A model generated the notes under the pieces. That model worked only from the letters and a program-made list of their open reading frames with translations. It was not told the origin of the DNA and ran no database searches. A stretch of DNA of 32,000 nt, from contig CP066689.1 in NCBI GenBank assembly GCA_016432445.1, positions 150,001-182,000 on the forward strand, given 5' to 3'. Each line of letters starts with the position of its first letter. Within the stretch, counting starts at the first letter, position 1. The position numbers were made by a program, and so were the translations under genes. Shown here one piece after another: positions 7,579-14,891 of the stretch. Origin of the DNA: Candidatus Saccharimonadota bacterium (GTDB taxonomy: Bacteria > Patescibacteriota > Microgenomatia > UBA1406 > GWC2-37-13).

Positions 7579-7617
7579 ATTGGTATGATATCATTGTTTT
7601 GTTAAAATTAGCGTAAT

Positions 7618-8508
7618 ATGTTTAAAAAAGAGTTAACTGATAATAATAAAGCTTTTATAGCAATTTTGCTGGCGGCTTTTTTAGGAGGAGGAGTACCTGT
7701 ATTAATTAAAATTGCTCTAAAGGAAATTCCTCCATTAAGTTTTACCTTTTTAAGATTTTTTTCAGCTGCAATTTTTATCCTCCCTTTTTTTTTAAGGAAT
7801 AAACCGCTTATAGGAAAAAATATTCATAAATTAATATTTATCTCTATTCTAGCGAGTGTTAACGTAACGCTATTTGCTTTTGGTATTCGTTTAACTTCAG
7901 CAACAGTAGGTCAAACTCTTCATACATCTATTCCAATTATCGCAGCTGTACTTTCGTATTTTTTATTAAAAGAAAAAATTACCAAAAAAAAATCTTTAGG
8001 AATTTTAGTAGGTTTTATAGGAACATCTGTTATTATTTTTTTACCAATGATGGGTAATGTAAATTTTTTACAGAGCAGTTTAATAGGTAATATTATTATT
8101 TTTATCGGAGCTGTTTCTTTTTCCTTTTATTTAGTAATGTCAAAAAAATTGCATGAAAATTTTTCTCCTTTTTATTTAACAACGATTTTTGTTTTGACAA
8201 CAATTGTTATTCAATTTTTTCTTGCCAGTACAGAATTTATTTCTAATCCTCAATGGTTATTTAAAATTTCAATGGGTGGACTACTAGCAACATTATATGT
8301 AGGCGTTATCGGAACCTTTATTTATTATCTTTTATATCAGTATGCCATTAAACACGGGAGTCCTATTATTGCTTCTATGACATTATATTTACAGCCGGCT
8401 GCGACTTTTATTTGGGCTTTATTACTTCTAAATGAAAGATTAACTACAGGATTCATTATAGGCGCGATTTTAGTTTTTATTGGAGTGTGGATTACTTCGC
8501 GCTCTTAA
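7618..8508 (+). CDS. EamA/DMT-superfamily transporter (10 TM)
   Basis: 296 aa. Two EamA-like halves of five hydrophobic helices each, with typical N-terminal AILLAAFLGGGVPVLIKIAL. Confidence 0.8.
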   Translation: MFKKELTDNNKAFIAILLAAFLGGGVPVLIKIALKEIPPLSFTFLRFFSAAIFILPFFLRNKPLIGKNIHKLIFISILASVNVTLFAFGIRLTSATVGQTLHTSIPIIAAVLSYFLLKEKITKKKSLGILVGFIGTSVIIFLPMMGNVNFLQSSLIGNIIIFIGAVSFSFYLVMSKKLHENFSPFYLTTIFVLTTIVIQFFLASTEFISNPQWLFKISMGGLLATLYVGVIGTFIYYLLYQYAIKHGSPIIASMTLYLQPAATFIWALLLLNERLTTGFIIGAILVFIGVWITSRS

Positions 8509-8509
8509 T

Positions 8510-8538
8510 TTCTTACTTAGCTTTAACTTATGTCTTAC
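8510..8538 (+). promoter_or_regulatory. TTCTTAC box (two good copies 22 bp apart with a degenerate copy between) facing the ORF-free gap
   Basis: TTCTTAC 8510-8516, CTTTAAC 8521-8527, GTCTTAC 8532-8538, then 6 nt, then TTGATT 8545-8550; TATAGT 8565-8570. Confidence 0.4.
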
Positions 8539-8702
8539 GGGTTTTTGATTGATAAAAATTAGAATATAGTTTATATGAGTCTAACTAAAAGGATTAAACT
8601 GCTGTTATTGCGGATAGTAGATGAGTATTAATCTTCGAAAATGAGAAACACTATATTAAAGTGTTTAAAATCTTTCATTAAGACGTAATAAAGATTAATT
8701 GT

Positions 8703-8775
8703 TTTATGCCTATGATTAGATTGGTCTATCGGTCTAAAGTTGACAATACGGCTAATCAGCAGACAGAGGCATAAA
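8703..8775. other. 73-nt nested imperfect hairpin in the ORF-free gap (possible small RNA or structural element)
   Basis: Outer stem TTTATGCCT 8703-8711 / AGGCATAAA 8767-8775; GATTAG 8714-8719 / CTAATC 8752-8757; ATTG 8720-8723 / CAAT 8744-8747. Confidence 0.3.
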
Positions 8776-9052
8776 TTGATAAAATAATTATAGGTTAAAG
8801 CCTAATTCAGTTTAGACTGTTGGAAAAAGATCAAAACGTAATATAGAGTAAATAAATTATACGAAATTTGTAGATTATAATACTAGATTCCCTTGTTAAT
8901 TTATTGGCGCTTTTAAAATTAAATAAAAATCGTGAAGGATAGTATTCTTGAGAGCATTTTTTATGAAAATAGTGTGTTTGTTTTCCATTAAATTATTTAA
9001 TTTATAACTTAATCATCATAAGTTTCCTAATTAATAAAGCAACAAGAAATTA

Positions 9053-9070
9053 GTAAGAATCAAGTAAGAA
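9053..9070 (-). promoter_or_regulatory. TTCTTAC box, 2 perfect copies phased at 11 bp, facing the ORF-free gap from the right
   Basis: Plus strand reads GTAAGAA 9053-9059 and 9064-9070. The minus strand continues to TTGTTG (9045-9040) and TATGAT (9020-9015), with a long 19-nt spacer. Confidence 0.4.
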
Positions 9071-9072
9071 AA

Positions 9073-9103
9073 ATGACCACAAAAGTAAATTCTTTGTGGT
9101 CAT
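9073..9103 (-). terminator. Rho-independent terminator of the GlsB/YeaQ-like gene (possibly bidirectional)
   Basis: 11-bp perfect stem ATGACCACAAA 9073-9083 / TTTGTGGTCAT 9093-9103, 9-nt loop. On the minus strand it is followed by TTTTTCTT. Confidence 0.7.
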
Positions 9104-9120
9104 TTTATAAGTGAAAAAAT

Positions 9121-9372
9121 TCATCTTAAGCTTAATCTTCTGCCAATCCAAATTAATATGACAGCTCCAAAAACAGCAACAATAATGCTGTAAAGATCAA
9201 AGCCGGTTACTCCTGGTCGTCCAAAGAAACTCATAATAAATCCTCCAATGATTGCACCTACAACTCCTAAGATAATATCCATCAAAAAACCTTGTGAGGA
9301 ACTTGTCCTCATAATAATCGATGCAAGCCAACCAGCAATTAAACCTAAAAGAATAAAAAGTATTAAGTCCAT
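9121..9372 (-). CDS. GlsB/YeaQ/YmgE-family small membrane (general stress) protein
   Basis: 83 aa, three Gly-rich TM helices (GLIAGWLA, GVVGAIIGGF, AVFGAVILIW). Canonical SD AAAGGAGGTGA (9389-9379) upstream of ATG 9372. Confidence 0.85.
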   Translation of the reverse strand: MDLILFILLGLIAGWLASIIMRTSSSQGFLMDIILGVVGAIIGGFIMSFFGRPGVTGFDLYSIIVAVFGAVILIWIGRRLSLR

Positions 9373-9450
9373 TTAGCTTCACCTCCTTTCATTTTAAATA
9401 TAATTAATCAATAATTTACTTGGAGTTGTTAAAGAAATAACAATCAACCG

Positions 9451-9468
9451 GTAAGAGTTAAGTAAGAA
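9451..9468 (-). promoter_or_regulatory. TTCTTAC box, 2 copies phased at 11 bp, in the divergent YeaQ-like / DUF475 spacer
   Basis: Plus strand reads GTAAGAG 9451-9457 and GTAAGAA 9462-9468. The DUF475 -10 (TAAAAT 9495-9500) has no recognisable -35, so the box sits where an activator would. Confidence 0.4.
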
Positions 9469-9506
9469 AAGGAGAAAATATTAATTAGATCAGGTAAAAT
9501 CATCTT

Positions 9507-10403
9507 ATGGAAATAATAGTACCTTTACTTACAGTTTTGGGATTAAGTCTTTTTGAAGTAATAAGCAGTATTGATAATGCCATTATTAATGCTGAGGTTT
9601 TATCGGGTATGGGCAAAAGAGCCAGAAGGTGGTTTTTATTATGGGGAATGCTGTTTGCGGTGTTTGTTGTTAGAGGATTGCTTCCATTTTTAATCTTATG
9701 GTTGGTTGTTCCTAATCTTGGAATAGGAGGATTAATTGGAGCAGTTTTTAGTAACGATCCTCATGTTGCAAAAACTCTGGAAGAATCATCTCACTTTCTT
9801 CTTTTGGGAGGAGGAGTTTTTTTATTATTTCTTTTTTTTCACTGGTTATTTCTTGAACAGAAACATTTCGGTTTTATAGGTGAGCGTTTTTTTTACTCGC
9901 AAGGAGTCTGGTTTTATGCAATAGTTTCTATACTGCTTGCCGTTATTGTTTGGTTTTCTATACAGCAAAATCCTTTACTTGCTTTTTCGGCTGTTATCGG
10001 TTCAACCGCTTTTTTTATTACTCACGGCTTTAAACAGCAGGCAGAGATGGCTGAACAAAAACTTCTTAAGTCTAATTTATCTGATGTAAGTAAGATCATG
10101 TATCTTGAGGTTATTGATACTACATTCTCAATTGACGGAGTTTTAGGAAGTTTTGCTTTTACTTTGTTTATCCCTTTGATTTTATTGGGAAATGGATTGG
10201 GAGCAATAGTTCTTAGGCAGTTAACGATATCTAATATTGAGAGGATTAAAAAATATCTTTATCTTAAAAATGGAGCTATGTACTCAATTCTTTTTCTTGG
10301 AAGTATAATGATACTTGACGCTTTTGGAGCCAATATTCCTCAGTGGATTTCTCCAGTTATTACTGTAGTGGTAGTAACTTACTTTTACGTTAAATCCAAA
10401 TAG
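9507..10403 (+). CDS. DUF475-family integral membrane protein
   Basis: 298 aa polytopic. N-terminal SSIDNAIINAEVL...WFLLWGMLFAVFVVRGLLPF matches my recollection of the DUF475 signature (SxDNAxxNAxVL). Confidence 0.65.
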   Translation: MEIIVPLLTVLGLSLFEVISSIDNAIINAEVLSGMGKRARRWFLLWGMLFAVFVVRGLLPFLILWLVVPNLGIGGLIGAVFSNDPHVAKTLEESSHFLLLGGGVFLLFLFFHWLFLEQKHFGFIGERFFYSQGVWFYAIVSILLAVIVWFSIQQNPLLAFSAVIGSTAFFITHGFKQQAEMAEQKLLKSNLSDVSKIMYLEVIDTTFSIDGVLGSFAFTLFIPLILLGNGLGAIVLRQLTISNIERIKKYLYLKNGAMYSILFLGSIMILDAFGANIPQWISPVITVVVVTYFYVKSK

Positions 10404-10448
10404 ATCTTGCTCTTCAAATTAGCCTGTTAATAAGCTATAATTAGTTTT

Positions 10449-12122
10449 ATGAGCAATATGATAAAAAAACTAGATAAAATATCTTTTCGTTTTTTAAAAA
10501 CTTTAAATTTGGATGATGCATATTCAATTATTATTCATGAAGCTATAAACCTTTCAGGTGGTAATTTCGGATCTATATATTTAGCAAAAGGAGATAATTT
10601 AGAAAAAGTTTATGCTTCAACTCCTACACTTTATAAAATTGTGAGCCGCGGTAAAGATAGTTTTGCTTATAAAACCTTCAAATATCATAAGCCTTATAAA
10701 CTTGATATTGAACAATTCGGGGATAAATTTCCGGAGATTAAGAAGCTGGGAGTGAAAACCTCTATTTTTATACCTCTGTCTTATCAGCAATATTCAATAG
10801 GCACAATTATTGTTCAGTCTCTTAAGAAAAAAGAACTGAAAAAAGAAGATTATAGAATTCTTAAACTGTTTGGTTCATTTGCGAGTTTAACTATAAAAAA
10901 AGCTCAGTTTCATGAAGATACGATCAAAGCTGTAAGGATGAGTAAGGAATCAAAAGAAATGGAACAGGTGTTAGAAAAAATTTATAAAGCTGGATTAAGA
11001 TTTCTTGAACCTCTTAAACTTGAGGAAACCTATGCAACAATTGTTAAGGAAGCGATGAAACTGGTGAATGGACAGTATGGGTCTATCCACATAGAAAAAA
11101 ACGATAATTTAGAAAGAGTTTATGCTTCTGACTCCTTGCTTTATAAAATTAAACCAAGACCAAAAGGTCATATTTACAAAGTATTTAAAAAACGGCTATC
11201 ACTGATTTTAAAAACTGAGGAAGTTATTAGTATCCATCCGGAATTTGCTCAACTTAAAAAAGTCAAATCAGCATTGTTGATTCCTTTATTTTATCTAAAT
11301 AAAAGTATGGGAGTCTTAACAGTTCAATCAGCAAAAAAAAGGACATTCTCAAAAAAAGATTTAACTATTTTGAAACTATTTAGTCCTTTTGCCACTCTGG
11401 CAATCCGCAAAGCACATTTGTACAATGAAGCTAAAAAAGCAGTAGAGATAAGAGATTATTTTATTGCTTTAGCCGCCCATGAGTTAAGGACTCCTCTTAC
11501 TGCTTTAAACGGTTATGTACAGCTTCTTTATAACAAACTGGAAAAAAAACAGTCAAATGAGTTTCAATTAGTAAAATATCTATCTCAAGAAAGTAAAAGG
11601 TTGACTAATTTAATACAGGAACTTTTAGAGATCAATCGTATTCAAACAGGAAAGTTTCACTATGTTTTGGAAGAAATTAATATGAAAGATATTCTTAAAA
11701 AAGCTGTTGACAATTTTTCCTTTATTTCTCCTAAAAGAAAACTTTTTTTTAAAAATGGATTAGTATCAAGACAAGCTGAGATAATTGGAGATTTTAATAA
11801 ATTAGTTCAAGTTTTCAATAATCTTCTAGATAACGCTGCTAAGTTTTCAGCTCCTGAAACTCCAATTATTCTTGAGATTGAAAAGGAAGAAGACGATTTT
11901 ATTATTAGGGTTAATGATGAAGGAAAAGGGATACCAAAGGAAGAACAAAGGAAGATTTTTCAGATGTTTTATAAAGGTACAAGTAATATAAAAGAAGGTT
12001 TTGGTTTAGGGTTGTTTTTAATAAAAAATATAATTGAACAGCACCATGGTTCAATAAAAATTAAATCGAAAGAAAATAAAGGTACAACAGTTGAGGTAAA
12101 GCTACCAATAGCAAAATTATAA
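10449..12122 (+). CDS. Cytoplasmic sensor histidine kinase with two tandem GAF-like domains
   Basis: 557 aa, no TM segment. H-box AAHELRTPL, N-box NLLDNAAKF, G1 DEGKGIP, G2 GFGLGL. Two ~170-aa N-terminal repeats (GSIYLAKGDNLEKVYAS / GSIHIEKNDNLERVYAS). Confidence 0.9.
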   Translation: MSNMIKKLDKISFRFLKTLNLDDAYSIIIHEAINLSGGNFGSIYLAKGDNLEKVYASTPTLYKIVSRGKDSFAYKTFKYHKPYKLDIEQFGDKFPEIKKLGVKTSIFIPLSYQQYSIGTIIVQSLKKKELKKEDYRILKLFGSFASLTIKKAQFHEDTIKAVRMSKESKEMEQVLEKIYKAGLRFLEPLKLEETYATIVKEAMKLVNGQYGSIHIEKNDNLERVYASDSLLYKIKPRPKGHIYKVFKKRLSLILKTEEVISIHPEFAQLKKVKSALLIPLFYLNKSMGVLTVQSAKKRTFSKKDLTILKLFSPFATLAIRKAHLYNEAKKAVEIRDYFIALAAHELRTPLTALNGYVQLLYNKLEKKQSNEFQLVKYLSQESKRLTNLIQELLEINRIQTGKFHYVLEEINMKDILKKAVDNFSFISPKRKLFFKNGLVSRQAEIIGDFNKLVQVFNNLLDNAAKFSAPETPIILEIEKEEDDFIIRVNDEGKGIPKEEQRKIFQMFYKGTSNIKEGFGLGLFLIKNIIEQHHGSIKIKSKENKGTTVEVKLPIAKL

Positions 12123-12124
12123 CC

Positions 12125-13222
12125 ATGAGTTTCAAAGAACGTGGTCAATCACATCCAGAGTACGCATATCGTCATGATGTAGTATCAAGACTAGAAAGTT
12201 TTCATGGAGGTAAAGTTTATGATCAGCTAAAGTCTTCTATCTTGGGAGGAGAGGAAACAGTAACACTTTTAATAGGGCCGCCTGGAGTAGGTAAATCCAC
12301 TGTAGCTGAACAGCTTCGTCATACGTTTGGAGGAGTGGTTAATATTAAAATGCTAACTTTCGATTCTTTTTTAAAGAGATATGAAGGAAAGTATGGCCCA
12401 AGAGAAAATTGGACTAAGGGAATATGGTTGGAGATGAATGAAGATATAGCTAACTCTGTACAGCCGCCCTATAAACCAGCTCCTCATAAAGTAAAGATTC
12501 ATGAATTAGATGAGATAGTTGGTGTTGGGGGAGTCGAAAGAGACAGGGCAAGAACCGCACTTGAAAAGATAGTAGCAGTAGATAGAGAAGTCAGGGATGA
12601 TGGAAAAATAGGAAAAATACGTTATGTTTTTTTTGTACCTGATCCTCGTGTTCAAGGAAGAGTTGGCGAGATGAGAACAGCACTTATAAATACTGAACCA
12701 AAAAAGGTAAGACAAGTTTATAGAGATAACTATCTGACTATTGTCACTGGAAATAGTAAAGGATCGTTGTTTGATAGTCTAACAGAGGAAGAAAAAGGCC
12801 GCTGTATTCAGGAAATGACCAGAAGAAGTGCTCGGCAAGAACACATTTTGACAATTCAGGAAGAGATAAATAAAGAGTATAGAATGCAAAAAAATGAATT
12901 AGGTTTTGACAGAATTGTGTCTAGCACTCATCTTCATATGGCTATGAGAACGCTTCCTGATGCTGACCAAAGACAATTTATGATGAATGTGTTGTATACC
13001 CGTTATCTAGCTGAAGTGTGGCTACGTATACCCAGAGCGCGACTTAATGTCGTAGTTAATCCGATAATGATAGGGGGGGTGACTATTGTTCGTTTCATTG
13101 ATGATGAGACTGTTCGTGATTTACTATGTTTAGACAATGGAGGTACACCTAACATGAATGATGGATATCAAATAATTACAGATACTTCAGCCGACTTTTC
13201 ACAGGACAATTTACGTACTTAA
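12125..13222 (+). CDS. P-loop NTPase of unknown family (hypothetical)
   Basis: 365 aa. Walker A GPPGVGKST and a possible Walker B YVFFVPD. Starts 2 nt after the kinase stop and ends 1 nt before the convergent regulator stop. Arg-rich, unlike its neighbours. Confidence 0.6.
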   Translation: MSFKERGQSHPEYAYRHDVVSRLESFHGGKVYDQLKSSILGGEETVTLLIGPPGVGKSTVAEQLRHTFGGVVNIKMLTFDSFLKRYEGKYGPRENWTKGIWLEMNEDIANSVQPPYKPAPHKVKIHELDEIVGVGGVERDRARTALEKIVAVDREVRDDGKIGKIRYVFFVPDPRVQGRVGEMRTALINTEPKKVRQVYRDNYLTIVTGNSKGSLFDSLTEEEKGRCIQEMTRRSARQEHILTIQEEINKEYRMQKNELGFDRIVSSTHLHMAMRTLPDADQRQFMMNVLYTRYLAEVWLRIPRARLNVVVNPIMIGGVTIVRFIDDETVRDLLCLDNGGTPNMNDGYQIITDTSADFSQDNLRT

Positions 13223-13223
13223 T

Positions 13224-13892
13224 TTATTCCTTTAGCATGTAACCAAAGCCGCGGGCTGAGTAGATAAGTTTTTTTTTGGATGTGCTATCAATTTTTTTTC
13301 TTAAATAACCCATATAGACATCTACAACTCTAGTTTCAATATCATAAGATGAAGGCCAGATTCTGTTTAAAATCATATCGCGGGTTAAGATACGTCCTTT
13401 ATTATACATAAGATAGTGCAATAGTTTAAACTCTTGAGGAGTCAATTTGATTAACCTCCCGCCTCTTTTTACCTCAAGTGTTTTGTCATCCAACTCTAAA
13501 TCAGCAATTTTAAGTCTGGAATCATTGGCTGTATGGCGAAGCCTGGCATTGATTCTAGCCAAAAGCTCATCAGCGATAAATGGTTTAGTAACATAGTCAT
13601 CAGCTCCTAAGTTTAACCCTTGAATAATGTCTGAGCTAGTATCTTTTGCTGTAAGGATAATTACTCTTATATTTGGGTAATTTTTTCTTATCTCTAAACA
13701 GATAGATTCGCCACTAACATCAGGCAGATTAAGATCAAGTAAAACCAAATCAGGCTGAGATTTTTTTATACTTTCTAATGCCTTAACGCCGTCAGCCGTA
13801 GCTTTAACAGAGTAACCGTGATCTAAGAATAATTCTTTTAAATATTTTTGAATGCCTACGTCATCCTCAACAATAAGTATATTTCTTATCAT
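13224..13892 (-). CDS. OmpR/PhoB-family response regulator (receiver + winged-helix DNA-binding domain)
   Basis: 222 aa. Receiver motifs IVEDD, LVLLDLNLPD, ILTAK. C-terminal trans_reg_C-like LTPQEFKLLHYL...RGFGYML. Confidence 0.9.
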   Translation of the reverse strand: MIRNILIVEDDVGIQKYLKELFLDHGYSVKATADGVKALESIKKSQPDLVLLDLNLPDVSGESICLEIRKNYPNIRVIILTAKDTSSDIIQGLNLGADDYVTKPFIADELLARINARLRHTANDSRLKIADLELDDKTLEVKRGGRLIKLTPQEFKLLHYLMYNKGRILTRDMILNRIWPSSYDIETRVVDVYMGYLRKKIDSTSKKKLIYSARGFGYMLKE

Positions 13893-13922
13893 AAGTTAAA
13901 TAATAATTTAAGTTGATGTTAT

Positions 13923-14093
13923 TTAAATACTGCTGATAAAAGGTAACCAAATTAAAAAAGTAATAATAGATCCGACAATTAATATTAATACAAACAAAAT
14001 TTTCATCCCACCTTGATTGCTTTCCTTGTCCGTTATCGTATCATTTTTAAGCTTATTTATCAATGTATTTTGATTAAATTTATTAAAAAGCAT
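13923..14093 (-). CDS. Small C-terminally anchored membrane protein upstream of the response regulator (hypothetical)
   Basis: 56 aa from ATG 14093, which is preceded by TATGAT 14106-14101 plus 7 nt. C-terminal TM helix ILFVLILIVGSIITFLIWLPFI. An alternative 27-aa version starts at ATG 14006. Confidence 0.3.
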   Translation of the reverse strand: MLFNKFNQNTLINKLKNDTITDKESNQGGMKILFVLILIVGSIITFLIWLPFISSI

Positions 14094-14127
14094 AATATAA
14101 ATCATAAATTAGGATTCTTAAAAAAAA

Positions 14128-14156
14128 GTAAGAATAATGTAAGAATAATGTAAGAA
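14128..14156 (-). promoter_or_regulatory. TTCTTAC box, 3 perfect copies phased at 11 bp, upstream of the small ORF + response regulator (autoregulation candidate)
   Basis: Plus strand reads GTAAGAA at 14128, 14139 and 14150. Minus strand reads TTCTTAC atta TTCTTAC atta TTCTTAC, then 6 nt (tttttt), then TTAAGA (14121-14116). Confidence 0.5.
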
Positions 14157-14186
14157 ACCTTATTGGTATTCTCTTGTAATTTAGAT

Positions 14187-14747
14187 CTAATTATTGCATT
14201 CTTTCCATAATCCTTTATTTTGTTCTCGGGCTTTTGTTTGGGCTTTTAAAAAAAGATCAGCGTATTTGACATCCGGCGGAAATGTAGAGGCATAAGCGTA
14301 GCCTTCTTTAACTAAATACTCATTTACAAAAAGAGCTGAAAATGTTAAATCATTATCAACAACATAAACATACCGAAGCAGACGGTCAAACTTATCCGTA
14401 TCAGAGACATCTTTTTCTAACCTGACAGTTTTTCCTTCAACCAATTCTTTATTTTTATCTGAGGCTTCCTTCGCAAAACATTGAACCGGTTTTCGAGGAT
14501 CCTTAAGTTCTGGAGTATCGATCCCGATATAACGCACTTTTTTTCCATTATCAAGTTCTATAGTATCGCCATCAACCACTCTTTTAACTTTTACAGTTTC
14601 AGGTGGAGATGGATTAGGAGGATTAGAGGTGACAGAAGGATTAGATTTAAGAGAGGGGAAAGGGATGTTGATAGTTTTAGGTAATAAAACCTGAGCAATG
14701 AGGAAAAGAAGAAAAATAAATAGAGATAAGATTATTATTTTCTTCAC
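14187..14747 (-). CDS. Secreted/membrane-anchored thermonuclease (staphylococcal nuclease, SNase family)
   Basis: N-terminal hydrophobic segment, then VVDGDTIEL and VRYIGIDTPE SNase motifs. Start set to GTG 14747, because the track's longer ORF runs through the tRNA gene. Confidence 0.8.
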   Translation of the reverse strand: MKKIIILSLFIFLLFLIAQVLLPKTINIPFPSLKSNPSVTSNPPNPSPPETVKVKRVVDGDTIELDNGKKVRYIGIDTPELKDPRKPVQCFAKEASDKNKELVEGKTVRLEKDVSDTDKFDRLLRYVYVVDNDLTFSALFVNEYLVKEGYAYASTFPPDVKYADLFLKAQTKAREQNKGLWKECNN

Positions 14748-14749
14748 AT

Positions 14750-14826
14750 TGGTCGGGACGGCGAGACTTGAACTCGCGACCTCATGCTCCCAAAGCATGC
14801 GTTCTAGCCATCTGAACTACGTCCCG
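14750..14826 (-). tRNA. tRNA-Pro (anticodon UGG), CCA encoded
   Basis: 77 nt cloverleaf folded by hand: acceptor CGGGACG/CGTCCCG, D arm GTTC/GAAC, anticodon stem CATGC/GCATG with loop TTTGGGA, variable AGGTC, T arm GCGAG-TTCAAGT-CTCGC, discriminator A, CCA. Confidence 0.9.
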
Positions 14827-14838
14827 AAATTATCTCTT

Positions 14839-14867
14839 ATTTTACCAATTTTTAAGCTTTAGTTCAA
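14839..14867 (-). promoter_or_regulatory. Sigma70-like promoter of tRNA-Pro (and probably the downstream nuclease)
   Basis: Minus strand: TTGAAC (14867-14862), 17-nt spacer, TAAAAT (14844-14839), 12 nt to the tRNA 5' end. Confidence 0.6.
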
Positions 14868-14891
14868 ACCAGTTTGTGTATAATGAGAATT

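Noticed and set aside
8703-8775. The hairpin in the ORF-free gap as a tRNA, tmRNA, SRP or RNase P fragment
   Set aside because: It has no cloverleaf, no T-loop GTTCRANYC, and none of the conserved RNase P, tmRNA or SRP motifs. It is reported only as an unexplained structure.
14128-14156. CRISPR-like or tandem-repeat array interpretation of the 11-bp repeats
   Set aside because: The units are only 7 + 4 bp with two or three copies, there are no spacers of CRISPR size, and the same box recurs at promoter-proximal positions. A protein-binding site is the better explanation.
14748-14798. N-terminal extension of the nuclease ORF (MLWEHEVASSSLAVPTN...)
   Set aside because: It is the reverse-strand reading of the tRNA-Pro gene body, and the tRNA folds perfectly. 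GTG 14747 is used instead.
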